DNA from: Lama guanicoe
Lineage: Eukaryota
Direction of reading: 5' to 3'
Assembly: GCA_013239625.1 (NCBI GenBank)
Contig: MU056288.1
Coordinates: 4,400,485-4,464,484 of the forward strand
DNA length: 64,000 bases
The first letter of the stretch is position 1, and each line of letters begins with the position of its first letter. The notes below the pieces were generated by a model. The model was not told where the DNA came from and made no database searches. It saw nothing but the letters and a program-made list of their open reading frames with translations. A program made the position numbers and the translations under genes. This document shows positions 1 through 12,530 of the stretch, one piece after another.

Positions 1-334
1 ATGTTCTATTAGATAATGCCCTCTGCTGATAGCCAACTATACAGGGTACTGGATCAACTGTGTAACAAAGTACATGCCTGGGTCACCTGTCTTGAAGATC
101 TTTTTATAATTTAATAGAGGTGACAGGTAAAATAAAAGAGATACCTTGTTGAGGCAATAAAAAATTGGCAGAGGTCAGCAGGCCCCCAACAATGTTGCTG
201 GGGTAAAATCTTCCAGGACACCATGCCTTGAATCACCAGTGTTACAGGAGAACAAAAAACATCACCCAGATCTTGAATCATAGTGACATAACCAGGAAAA
301 TTGCAAGCAAACAGAAACATAATTTTCAACTTAG

Positions 335-540
335 AATATTCCAGGCACTGTACTAATGCTCTACATGAATCATTTAATTCTCCAGAAAACCCTGTGACAG
401 TGATTATTATCCCCATTTCCTAGATAAAAACCCATGTCTGTGGACATGGTAACGTGCCCAATGTTACACAGCTAACAACCACTAGAGCTCAGCCTCAAAT
501 CTCCATTAGTATGACCCCAAATCCAAGCTTATAAGGGTGA
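335..540 (-). mobile_element. MIR SINE
   Basis: CCAGGCACTGTACTAATGCT...ATTATTATCCCCATTT...GTTACACAGCTA. Confidence 0.75.
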
Positions 541-544
541 GGCC

Positions 545-695
545 AGTGTTTCCCAAAGTTGCCTGATGACAAAAATTTGCTTTTAAGAATACAAATACCG
601 ATTCCCCAACCTCCGGCAGGTTCCCAGAGTCAGAATCTCCAGGGAAGGGTCTGGAAAGCTATTATTTTGACAGTGGCCCTCAAATGATTCTGATT
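545..695. mobile_element. MER5-like hAT MITE fragment
   Basis: CAGTGTTTCCCAAAGT...TCAGAATCTCCAGGG...TGATTCTGAT. Confidence 0.6.
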
Positions 696-909
696 ATCTT
701 ATTCTTCATAACATAATTACTCTGAATATACAGCTTACACTGGAACAGGCCATATCTAATATAAAAGAACATGGACAAATGGGGAATACAATATAAAGGA
801 TCGATTAAAGCAGGTGGCATGTATCAGCGATTCCTTGGAGGAAGTAGGTTTTGAGCTGGATTTTGGAAGGAATGCTGAAAGAAAGGAAGAAAGGACGAGA
901 GAAAGAAAG

Positions 910-1371
910 NNNNNNNNNNNNNNNNNNNNNNNNNNNNNNNNNNNNNNNNNNNNNNNNNNNNNNNNNNNNNNNNNNNNNNNNNNNNNNNNNNNNNNNNNNN
1001 NNNNNNNNNNNNNNNNNNNNNNNNNNNNNNNNNNNNNNNNNNNNNNNNNNNNNNNNNNNNNNNNNNNNNNNNNNNNNNNNNNNNNNNNNNNNNNNNNNNN
1101 NNNNNNNNNNNNNNNNNNNNNNNNNNNNNNNNNNNNNNNNNNNNNNNNNNNNNNNNNNNNNNNNNNNNNNNNNNNNNNNNNNNNNNNNNNNNNNNNNNNN
1201 NNNNNNNNNNNNNNNNNNNNNNNNNNNNNNNNNNNNNNNNNNNNNNNNNNNNNNNNNNNNNNNNNNNNNNNNNNNNNNNNNNNNNNNNNNNNNNNNNNNN
1301 NNNNNNNNNNNNNNNNNNNNNNNNNNNNNNNNNNNNNNNNNNNNNNNNNNNNNNNNNNNNNNNNNNNNNNN
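910..1371. other. Assembly gap (others: 53846-53985, 57013-57280, 59789-59943, 59957-60145, 60231-60394)
   Basis: Runs of N; the first is flanked by purine-rich GAAA repeat, the rest cluster in the GC-rich CCN1 region. Confidence 1.
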
Positions 1372-2799
1372 AGAGACAAGAAGGAGAGAACTGGGTGTGT
1401 AGGGCACTGATAGGAACTGATGTCCCAAGGGAAGGAGGAGACTTAATTCAGCACACGCCTCACCATTCAGTCCTTTTTTCCCCCTATATTTTTAACTTTA
1501 TTTAAAATCATAAAAGCAATACATAGTCATTTCAAAAAATAGAGAGAGAAAATAAAGACAGAAAAAAATCACTCAAAGCACCACCACCAGAGATAAATTA
1601 TTTTTAAAGCTTTAATACTTTATTTCTAGTCTTTTTTCTATACTTTCCAATAATTTCATAAATTGTACCAAGTCAGAAGCATAACATATGTGTGTGTATA
1701 TACACATTTGGCAATGACTTGGCAATAGATATCAAAAAATAAGGGATCTACACTTTTAATCTCCTCTGTTCATTCTTCTATAAATCTATCATGAAAATCC
1801 AGAACACTAAACAAAATTATGTAAAAATGTACTAAGTCTCCCACCACTCAGTTCTTATACTGAGTCAAGCAGGTTTAGAGTATCTGAAGGTTACTGAAGC
1901 TGCCTAGATCCTTGGCCTGATCTTGGCCAAGATTGTCCTAGAAAGTCAGTCCTTGAAACAATACTTTTATTAATCATTTTCTTGGATTAAAAGGTCAGAA
2001 AGAATCCTGTTGTGAGTTTTTTTTCCTGTTTAAAATAAAGCTTGTTTACCTGACTTCCTACCATAGACAAATGATCCCAGAAGACAGCATTACTTGGAAT
2101 ATAACAATAGAAAATTTTCTTTTACTGATTCATGGACATTTTTAAGTACATTTCCAACTGGATGCCACAGAATCCGTGTCCTAAATTATTCTACAGCATT
2201 ACTTTTAACAGCCTGCAACTCAGTCACCAGATGCTGATTGAGTGCGAACAGTGTACCGTTCACCATGATGAAGAAACTGTGCCTCTTAATCATGATGAGG
2301 GTTCAGAGCCCAGTGGGGGAAGACAGACAATCACATGTCATTCCATTACACGTCCTGGAATGGAGGTTCGTGCAAATGGCCAAGTCTTCTAAAGAGGGAG
2401 CTCTGCTTCCGCCAGGGGAGTGAGGGAAGATGAGTGGCCTTGCTTGCTGGGTTTTGAAGGACTCACAGGATTTCCATGAGAAAAGGATGAAGACAGTATT
2501 CTAGACCAAGGAGAGAGAAGAAAGAATGGCACAGAGGTCAATATGAAAGAGTGAGCATGGAGGTGCCATACACTGTGGCCCACAATGTTTTCAGCCTGCA
2601 GAGCTGATTTAGGAAGCTGTCCCTGGCAGACTGATTGGAAGGCATTTGGACTGAAAATGGAAACTACTTAGGGCACCAGCACATGGTGCAGGCAAGAGAT
2701 GCTGGAGAGTTGTCGTTAGGAGAGTGGGGATGGGGATGGGGATGGGGACAAGGCAGCAGAGGCACAAAAGGAGAAGAGACATACAAATGTTCCCAAACT

Positions 2800-4350
2800 G
2801 TTTAACATAAAAGTATTTAAACATCTAGAAAAGTTGAAAGACTAGTACAATAAATAGCCATAAAATCTCCACCTAGATTCAAAATCAATTCAGGAGTCAT
2901 TGCCTTTTTGCCATATTTGCTTTATTTTTAAACACACACAGACAGACATACTTGTGTATGTCTGTCTGTATGTGTGTATTTTGAAAGAAAGCTGTAGAAA
3001 TCATGACACTTTACACTTAAACATTCATACCCGAATATGCATCTCCTAAAAATAAGAACTTTCTTCTGTATCACCACAATGTCATTATCACATCTAAGAA
3101 AATTAATATCAGCTTCTTAATATCACATGTCATTTAATATATAGCTCACATTCAGATTTTCTCCAATTGCCCCCACGTGGCTTTTTGGCTGTTTTTAATC
3201 AGGCCAAGAGTCAGTCAAGGTTCATACGTTGTATTTGGTTGGGATGTCTCTTGGTCTCTTAATCTAGAGCAGTTCTTCCTACTCTTTCTGCACTGATGAT
3301 GCTTATTTTTGGAAGAATCTAAAAAAAAAAGTCTTACAGAGTATTTCACATTTGGGATTCCTCTGTAGGTTTCCTTGTAATTTGATTGTTCTTTGATTCC
3401 CTGTAATTTCCATGTACATGATGTTAGGCCTAAAGTCTTACTTCGATTCAGGTGGAACACTTTTGGCAAGAATAGTTCATAATCAATTCTGTGAATTTTA
3501 TCAGCATCACATCAGGAGGAACATAATGCTATCAGTGCTTTTAGGTCACTCACATGATCAAAGTGCTGACTACCAGATTTCCACACCCTTCACAATTAGT
3601 AAGTAACACGCGTGGTGACCCTTCGTTGCCCTGTGACTATCCTGTTCTGCAATAATCTTTCACCACTGATGATCGTTGCCTGAATCAGCTATTTCATTGG
3701 AGGTTGCAAAAAAGGGACTTTCAAGTATTATCACTTCTTTTTTGTCATTCTTTTCTAAAGATGAGCTTTCCCTCATCAACTAGGGAAATTTCTCATAAAA
3801 AGATAAACGTTTAGTTCTCTCCCTTTCACTACCAACTTCAGAGGGAAGATTAATTGAGTAGTCATCTCTAATGATCCAGATGATTTTTTCCCTCCTTTTC
3901 TCCATTTTTTAATGTATCACTATGACTCATAGATTTTTTTTGTTCCACGTTTTACAATCAATTGTACTCACCTTCAGATTGTCCAAAATTTATCTAGTGG
4001 GAGCCCTTTCAAACTAACTCCTGGATCCTTTTAACACAGCCCCCAAAATCCCTGAGCACTTCCTTGGCTTCTGACATGAGAGATCCTACTTGTATCGTAC
4101 ACTCACCTTGTAGTTTTCATGCCCAAGAACTAGAATCAGCTATTTCCCCAAAGATCATTTTTCTTTTTAGTAGGTAATGATAAACAGAAACCAAAATCTG
4201 GATTCTGGATGTGCTTATTACTACCAGGATGATAGTACTTCTATGTTCTTTCAGTGGACAGAGGTAAAATAGATTGATAGACACATATATTTTTAATACA
4301 TCAGTCCATATTGATATTTACAATTCAAATTTCATATTGTAGTTTAATAT
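2800..4350 (-). mobile_element. Ancient L1 (L1MC/ME-like) 3' region
   Basis: Recognisable motifs AGAAAAGTTGAAAGACTAGTACAATAAA and CATCTCCTAAAAATAAG; subfamily not resolved. Confidence 0.65.
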
Positions 4351-4917
4351 TACAAGTCTATTCCTATTAGATGTTTAAAGGAAGAATGAAAAGAAGTGGG
4401 GAATGAGTCGGATGTATGAGGAAGGGAAAAGAAAGATCAAGAATGGCTCCCTAAGTTCCTGGTGTGAGAACATGAACCTGGATGAATGGCACTGCCGCTG
4501 CCATTTTACCAAGATAGGAAGTAAAGAAAAGGACGAAAGTTCATGGGGTACTGGTGAGGGATGAGGAACTGATTATATATAGTTCAGTGTTTTATTTTAG
4601 TATCTATAATCTATTTAAGAACTGACACACACATAGGTGAGGCATTGACAAGAGAAAGGCTTTACATAGGTGTAGAAATGTGAGCTACATTCAAGGTACC
4701 AGTCAAGGTTCGCTAGCATTGGGTACTCTTCAAACACTGTTAACATCTGTGAAATCTCTGTACTGCAGTACTTGGATGAAGCTTGATGCCTGAGGATGAC
4801 TCACCAGGGCAAGAAAATCTAGCTCAAACAAAGGAGGAAAGAAAATTAAACATGAAGGTGAAGATCTTCTGGGAAGTAAAAGAGAAACCTAAAAACAACC
4901 ATGGATTTAAAACATGG

Positions 4918-5305
4918 TGTATTAATTTGTTGGCCTGTCATAACAAAACACCAAAGATTGGGTGGCTTAAGTGACAGAAATTTATTTTCCTACAGTTCTG
5001 GAGTCTGGAAGCCCAAAGTCCAGGTGTTAGCAGGTTTGCTTTCCTCTGCGGCCCTCCCCTTGGCTTGCTAATGGCCACTTTCTCTTTGTGTCCTCACATG
5101 GACATCTTTCCACCTGTTTTTCTGTGTCCTGACCTCCTCTTCTTATAGGGGCACCAGATATTGGATTAGGGCCCCCCAGTATGACCTCATTTTGCCCTGA
5201 TTACCTCTTTAAAGGCCCTGTCTCCAAATATAGTCACATTCTAAAGTATTAGGGGTGAGGATTTCAACATGTGGATTTTGGGAGGGCACAACTCAGCCCA
5301 TAACA
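4918..5305 (-). mobile_element. MaLR solo LTR (MLT1-type)
   Basis: TG...CA ends, 5-bp TSD CATGG/CATGA, hallmark GGGTGGCTTAA..CAGAAATTTATT..CAGTTCTGGAG. Confidence 0.88.
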
Positions 5306-6019
5306 CATGAGGTAAAAAGAAGCTATGTGATAGAATGAAGGTACTTGCTTAAGAAAGTCAGCAAGTCTTCTCGGTGGCTGGGTCTCATTTCCGACTGGAA
5401 AAAGACAGTTTGGTAGCGTTATTGCGACACAACGGCTTGAACAAATCTGAGATGATGATTAAATGACGAGCCACATATTCATCCACATTTCTATGGTTAG
5501 AGATGAATATACACAGAGAAAATTAGAGACAGAAGAATATATCCACACCGTTTCCACCAAGATTTTCTAGGCTTTGAACTTGAGTCATTATGCTTAGGCT
5601 GCTTTCTGCCCGGGGAGGGGGTGGCATTTAATCATGGCTTTTTTCTTCTTTTTTTCAGGACAAGTAACCCTGTGCCAACTGACTCATTTGATATCAGCCT
5701 TAACTGTCATAAATGATATGGGAGCGGCAGATCTCATCTATCTTAGTATAGGAAAAATTAAAGAAGAGGAAATTAATTTTTTTTTAAAGATTGGCACTCA
5801 AAGATGGAGAAAAGACCAAGGGAGGGGCTGGTGAACCACCTTGCCTGGAGCCTTGCTTAACTACTGAAGGACACAGTTGAGACTCCCTCGTTTGACTCCT
5901 CTCCCAGTGTACTTTCTACTTCACCACAACTCAGCAGCTCTGTGTTTAACTTTCGTCTGTTAAAAATGTTCTTGGAAGTATTGCTTACAAATGATTTCGA
6001 AATGCCAAAGAACATTCTG

Positions 6020-6275
6020 GTATGGTGATTACTAGTACAGACTGGTCAAACAAGCTTGTGTTTTAATCTCAGCTTTATCATTCACTACTCTATAGCCTTG
6101 AGCAGGCGGTCTAACTTCTTAAAGCCTCGGTTTCCTCAACAGTGGAACTGGGATAATGGTAGCACCTACTTCACAGAATGGCCCTGACGACTTTAAGTTA
6201 AAGCATTTAAAAAAACCGAATTGGGTTGGGCACATGGTTAAGTGTTCAGCATATAGGAGGGGAAGTGTTATTATT
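6020..6275 (+). mobile_element. MIR SINE
   Basis: Core GCCTCGGTTTCCTCAACAGTGGAACTGGGATAAT. Confidence 0.75.
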
Positions 6276-7665
6276 CGTGATCATACCCTAACATAAATTC
6301 AGATTTTCCATTCTGGTTTCCCAGGTAAAATGAAGTAAAACTAGATAAATAAGTGACCAAACAAACAGACATTGTTAGTTAGACATCGTTCTGCTTCACA
6401 GCCTTGAAGATGTCTATTACAGCGCCCCAGGATCTAACAGTTGAGCAAAAGAGAGATAAACAAGCAGAACAATTGAGTCAAAAGCTTCTCTAACTCTAAG
6501 GATGGAAAATCACAGCACAGGAGAAGACCGAAATCTCCCAGGCAGTGGAATAAGAGAAAGAGAAGTTCTAGAACAACAGAAGGGACCTGGGGGAAAAAAA
6601 GGAAAGGATGCGGTCAGATCTACAAGCATGACAAAAACACTGGTGCAAGCCAGGAGTGAAGGCGATCACTTTCTGGATAGAAGAATAGAGTTAAGATGCC
6701 CAAAGAAAGCAAAAGTTGTCTCCGGCAAGAAAGACTCCTTGCCTTTCAGAGCCTGGGATCCCTGAACGTGAAGAGGGTGTTTTGGTGTAGAGTCATGTGA
6801 GGAATTGACCATTAAATCTTATGAGGCCCCTTTAGTGACTCCCATGAAGTGCTAGCTAGTCACAGAGCCCATGCGCTTGAGCTGGTTGCTGTGTTAATTT
6901 GCTTTGATTAGTGATTTCTCCCGTAAGTTGGGTTCCAGGGCCCTGCTGAGAAGCCTATCATTCAAAATTAATGAAATGCTGTCATTATCTTAAAGTACCT
7001 ATTGTGCACGTGGGAAACTCCAGCCTCAGTTGAAGTAATAGAGTCTTCTAGGATGCACGTGTAGCACAAGCGATCCTCACTCAAAGGACTATTTATTTTT
7101 GTCAAACATTATGGCCTCGAAGGCCAAAAAGCAAGACCCAGAAGTAAAAGCACAAAATGAATTTGCCCACAATGCACAGAGAGGAGACAGAACCACAGGG
7201 ACTCTTCTGGAACAGATGTCTGCAAGTCCTCCAGTTAAAATGAAGGAGACAGGCACTTTCAGTAACGTGGTCATTTCAGCTCTCTGCTTTCCTTAAATGG
7301 TCACCAAGGAACCAGATCCATCCATACTTTTTGTTCATTCTTTTCCTGGTGAGTTCAATTCTAGTCTAAGAACTTCCTTGGGAACACTTTGCAAGGCAAT
7401 TTGGCAGTATTTATAAAAAAATATTTAACGTGATAATCCTCTGACCCAATAATTTCACTTTTAGGAAATTTTCCTGTAGAAATTCTAACTAAAGTGCTGG
7501 AAGATACAGATACGAGGAAATCTACTGTCCCGTTGTCTGGAATATTGTGAATTGAACCAAAATGGACTGGTTAAATACTTGATGATTTAGCTGTACACAC
7601 ACCCTGGAGTCAGACCACCTGAGTCTGTGCTTCCATTTCTCTACAACTTTCTAGTTGTGGCTGCT

Positions 7666-8235
7666 TGTAATTGTTTTTCATTGCAGCCACCATAACAAAT
7701 TATCGCAATTTTAGAGGTGCAAAACAACCCAAATTTATTATCTTATAGTTTAGTATGAGATATGGTATGAGTCTCACTGGGCCAAAACCAATGTATTGGC
7801 AGTGCTGGGGTCCTTCTTTCAGAGTCCAGGAGAGAAGGTGTTGACAGGCTTCAGTTTCATGTGGTTGTAGGACTGAGGTCTCTGTTTCCTTGCTGGCTGT
7901 TAGTTGAGAGCTGCCCTTAGCTCCTCTTGCTGGCCCCAGCTCATAGACCCCTATGTCTCAAAAACACGAATAAGGTACTTATTCCTTCACACACTGTCGT
8001 CTCTCTGACCCTGCTTCTACCACTGCATCTCTCTTTAACCCAGACAAGTAAGGTTCCGCTTTTAAGGGCTCAAGTGATGAGACTGGGCCCACCCAGATGA
8101 TTCAGAATAATCTCTCCATCTCAGGGTCTTAACCTTTAGCTGATCTGCAAAATCCCTCTTGTCATGTGAGGTAGCATACAGGTTCTGGGGATTTGAAGGA
8201 GGACATTTTCTGGGGCCATTATCTTACCTACCATA
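7666..8235 (-). mobile_element. MaLR solo LTR (MLT1-type)
   Basis: CATAACAAATTA...AAATTTATTATCTTATAGTT...GGGCCCACCCAGATGATTCAGAATAATCTC; splits a MIR. Confidence 0.8.
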
Positions 8236-8399
8236 CCTCTCCCTTACTACTCACACCTCAAGTTCTTCTTCTCCAAAATGGAGCTTTGTCTACATACGGT
8301 TCTTGTAAACTATAGACGAGACAAACTCTTGGCACAAAGTAATCACTCAGAAAATGTTAGTTATCATCATTTCTATGTAGCCATTTAAAAAAAATTAGA

Positions 8400-8580
8400 C
8401 AAGTTCATACTGTATAGCACAGGCAACCATATTCAATCTTATAGTAACTTACAATGAAAAAGAATATGAAAATAAATGTATGTATGTTCATGTACGATTG
8501 AAGCATTATGCTGTACACCAGAAACTGATACAACATTGTAAATTGACTATACTTCAATAAATATATATATATATATATGC
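8400..8580 (+). mobile_element. 5'-truncated young L1 3' end
   Basis: CTGTATAGCACAGG...GCTGTACACCAGAAA...CTATACTTCAATAAA, shared with five other copies in the window. Confidence 0.85.
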
Positions 8581-8639
8581 AAAAAAGGAGGCAGAACCAT
8601 ATTACTGACATAGAAAAACGTTCACAAGATATATTTGAG

Positions 8640-8784
8640 GAAGGAAGGTACAGCTCAGTGGTAGAGTGTGTACCTAGCATGCATGAGGTCCTGGGTTCAA
8701 TCCCCAGTACTTTCATCAAAAAAATAAATACATAAGTAAACAATCTAATTACCTCTCCTCAGCCCCCCCACAAAAAATGAATCT
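8640..8784 (+). mobile_element. tRNA-Ala-derived SINE (camelid vic-1-like)
   Basis: A box AGCTCAGTGG, B box GGTTCAATCC, A-rich linker and CTAATTACCTC tail; 13-bp TSD AGATATATTTGAG at 8627-8639 and 8785-8797. Confidence 0.9.
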
Positions 8785-11700
8785 AGATATATTTGAGAAA
8801 AGTAAGCTACAGAACAGTGTGTATAGTATAACTGCTTTTCTCATAAAAAAAGGAAAAGTGACACTTGTATTTGCATAGGGGATTAAATGTCTAATTAGAT
8901 ACCAAGAGACTGAGATTAAGGTGAGTAGACTTAGACTTTTTCTAATGATGCATATTTTAAAATTTAAAGTGGTAACAACATTAGGAAGATAGTGTTTATT
9001 GTCCAAAACAGTGTGGAAACAAAAAGGAAATACAGAAATGATTGCTTATAAAATAACAAGAAAGAAGAAAAAAAGCACTGAAGAAAAAACGTTGGTAAGT
9101 AAAACATTCCAAGTAAGATGCAAAAAATAATCCCAAACATGTCAATAATAATCACAATAAATACGAACAGATGATATCTGTTTATTAAAACACAGAGATT
9201 CTTCAACTGGAGAAAATTAAAAATTCCAGATGTGTGAAGATATCATTTAGGTAAATTTTTAAAACACAAACATTAACAAATACATTGATTCTGGAAAAAA
9301 ATTCCTATTTAGTAAAAGTATAGGAACAGAGGTGGGAAGTAAAAGCATCGATTTCAGGACTGTGGTTGCCTCTAGGCAGAAAAGAAAGGAAATAGGGAAA
9401 GACAGGGTTACACTTATCAATTATATCTGTAATATTTTATTTCTTTCTAACAAAAATTATCTAAAACATATAGGATAGGGACATTTGTCTTTAAAAATTC
9501 TGGCTTTTTATATTCTGTAATTTTCTGTGCATATAAAATATTTTAAAAATTTTATAGAATTGCACTTAGAAGTTAGAAATAGGAATTATGTCCTGATGGT
9601 ACATGTATTTTGGATTCTAGGAAAAAAGTTAAAAATTTTAGCAATAAACATAAAATTAGAACAGACAGATGAAAATGTATTTTCTCTTTGTGTCCATCAG
9701 TTAGGGTTACCACCTACTGCACACTCACACTAACTTAAGGATGATACTGTTTGGAAATGCCCAAAATATGTACCTTAAAATGTTTAAGAAGACTTTAATA
9801 GAAACTTACATACAAATTTAGTAGTTCATAAATGTTATCAAGAAATAAAGAAGCAATTGGAATAGTGATTAAATTTTTCAGAGAAATTTAATTTTGAGCC
9901 AGATTCTGAAGGAAGAGAGCTTCATGGATTTCTAAGAGGGGACAAATTCAGATGGGAAAATGGACTGTGCCAAGGCACAAAGGGACCTCATCGGGGGAAC
10001 ACAGGGGACAGCAGTAGATGAAGGTGGTTGGAGCAAAACTTCCTTCCTGAAATTCTGAAGTGCTCTGGAAACAGACATAGGCATTTACATGGACATCAAC
10101 ACAGAAAAATGTCAATATACAATTAAATAGAAGATTTAGGCTACCAGAAGAATAGATCTGACATCAGATTTAAATCGACTATAACAACCACATTCTTCTC
10201 TATATATTTGCTGGAGCCAATGGAGTCCAACAGAGCTGCAACTTTTAACTTTATGTAAATGTAAAAGTTCATCTTTATGAACTGCTTTTCAAGAAAAAGG
10301 GGAAGTGCTGATGGAAAACCATGAAGGAGCCTCAGTTCCTTCTCTGTTGGAAGTGATGGAATGACCTCTCTCGGGTTACATACAGTTATTTAATAGGTGA
10401 ACACACACAAACAGCCTCCCCTCAAGAAAGGAAACTCTATTTTGAAAATATCCCACCTAATGCCATCAAAATATTCTAAAGTTGGGCTGAATTCCTTTCT
10501 GCCTTCAAATTAATTTGCATGAAAGGCTCACCCTCAGTGTACTGGGAGGATGTAGGTGGCCATGATTACTAACAGGAAACTTGAGTTAATCCAGATCTTG
10601 GGAGTTAGCAGCACAGTTTCCTGTGACCCGCCTGGTCGATCAGCAGGTCCTGCTGTCTCTGCCTCCCCATCCTGACAATGCTGAGGCAGCTCCCCCGTGG
10701 CCCCCCTACCACACGGCTGCCGGAGTGTCCTCTCTCCCTCTCTGTCTCTCTCCCTCTTTCTCCTGGCCAATCCAAACAGATCCCCATCATGCTTAGTCTT
10801 CCCCAGGGAGCCCCACACTGATATGTCTCTGCAAGTTGTGCGATGGGTCATGGGCCACATGTCACTGATGATAAAGCTCCAAAGATTCCAACCACCCACT
10901 TTCCTCAGCCCGTTTTCTAGAAAGCCTTTCCCTAGTCACTCAGTCACCGGCTCAGCTGCCTGCCCAACTCCTGCTCCTGCACGTCTCAGCTCAGACGCTC
11001 TCTTCCCTGTGGACCCATATTCCTGACTTCTCCCGCCAGCTCACGTTCTTTAAAGCCTTGCTGCGTTTTGTATAGACTCCCACATGAGACTTGCCTCATT
11101 TGATGGCAATTGTTTATACAACTGTCTCCTACTCCACTGTAAGCCCCTTGAGGACAGAGATTATGCCCCAGTTCTCTTTAAATTTGCCAGTAAACAGCAG
11201 CTCCTGGAACACTTCAGGGACACAGTGAACATTAATGGATGCTGAATGAATAAATTAGTACTACCACTGATACATGGTCAAGAAATTCCCCAGTTTATCA
11301 GATTACTGCCTCCCCCCATTTTCTGCTACACGTGGCAGGCAGCAGGGGAAAATCTTTCTCCATACTTATATCAAATAACTCTGTCCCATGAAGTCTCTCT
11401 ATTTTGAGAATAAAGGTTGAAAGATTTTTTTTTCCTTTATAAAATTAAAGACTTTGATGATTGGTAAAGAGAAGCTACTAGATTCATTAGAGGAGATAGT
11501 GGTCTAGTGGTTCTTTCTATGCTCCTGTAACTAATCACAGATAAGTAGTTTAAACAATATTAGTATCTGTAAAAACCAATAAGGATGATGAGTTAAATCA
11601 TAAAAATCTCATGCAATTTCTATTGTCTCCCATACGCTCAGTGCATTATTTCTAAATGGGAAAGTACAAATATTGGGATAAAAACATTTAAACTACAGAA

Positions 11701-12169
11701 ACACAAAACTCCAAAAGCTAATCCTGCCTAAAGGGCAGAATTTAATTCTGTGCTAAACTACTGTCTGTGGGATTAAGAGGCGTGGTTAAGCAAACATTTG
11801 AGAACAAGTAATTACCATGAATCTCTCTATCACATATTTGTCTCACGCATAATTTATACAACAAGCCCACAGATGGGAAAAATAAAATGCTGTTTGAAAC
11901 ATTTTTTTCCAGCCACAAATTTTTCAGGCTTAAACTTTTTTTTTTTTTTTTCGCCTTCATCAAAGATTATTTACTCCTATGGTCTTGGGTTGGACAGCAG
12001 TGGGGTTTTTTCTCGCTGATATAGACAAAGAAATGATATCTCTAACCTGCTGTTCCTGTCTGTGTCCTTCCAGCCAACCTCAGGCCTCTGAACGCGGATG
12101 TTCATGGTCGCTGTAGCTGGTGTTATGTCATGCTTTCAGAGTGGAATGGACATGCAAGGGAACACTTGT

Positions 12170-12530
12170 GTTTATTCACTTATTTGTTCATTCAGCAAGT
12201 ATTTACGAGAAACCTACGTGCCCAGAATTGATACTGGGATCTCGGGATACCAGCGGACAAGACAGGGTCCCCACCCTTGATGAGCTCACAGTCAGAGACA
12301 ATTGAACCCACAATTGCAGTGTAGAACGATAAGCCAGGATAGGAGGACACACCCGGAGCTGCAGGGATCTGGCACCTGTCTGGGATGGTCAGGGAGGGCT
12401 TCTGGCAAGACGTGTCCTCTAAGTTGCATCTTGACTGACCTGTAAGGCCCACACGATTAAAGGAGGGTAGGGAAGTGGAAAATTCTAAGCTAAGGGAAGA
12501 GCTGGGAGAGATCAGAGTGTGGGAGAGAAA
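12170..12530 (-). mobile_element. L2 3' fragment
   Basis: TTCATTCAGCAAGTATTTA..ACCTACGTGCCCAG..GAGCTCACAGTC..GGTCAGGGAGGGCTTC; similar L2 remnants near 11050-11260, 18720-18880, 26300-26780, 38540-39660 and 62060-62180. Confidence 0.7.

Larger units (their letters stand above)
7330..9560 (+). mobile_element. Ancient L1ME-like 3' region fragmented by nested MIR, MLT1, young L1 and SINE insertions
   Basis: GGCAATTTGGCAGTATTTAT...TGACCCAATAATTTCACTTTTAGGAA; resumes after the insertions with AAGCTACAGAACAGTGTGTATAG. Confidence 0.6.

Noticed and set aside
756-1428. ~200-aa ORFs across the N gap (also 53704-54400, 56950-57329, 59530-60210)
   Set aside because: Open largely because N codons contain no stops.
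7005-7061. Pair of TGCACGTG E-boxes
   Set aside because: Two short motifs without further support; could be chance.
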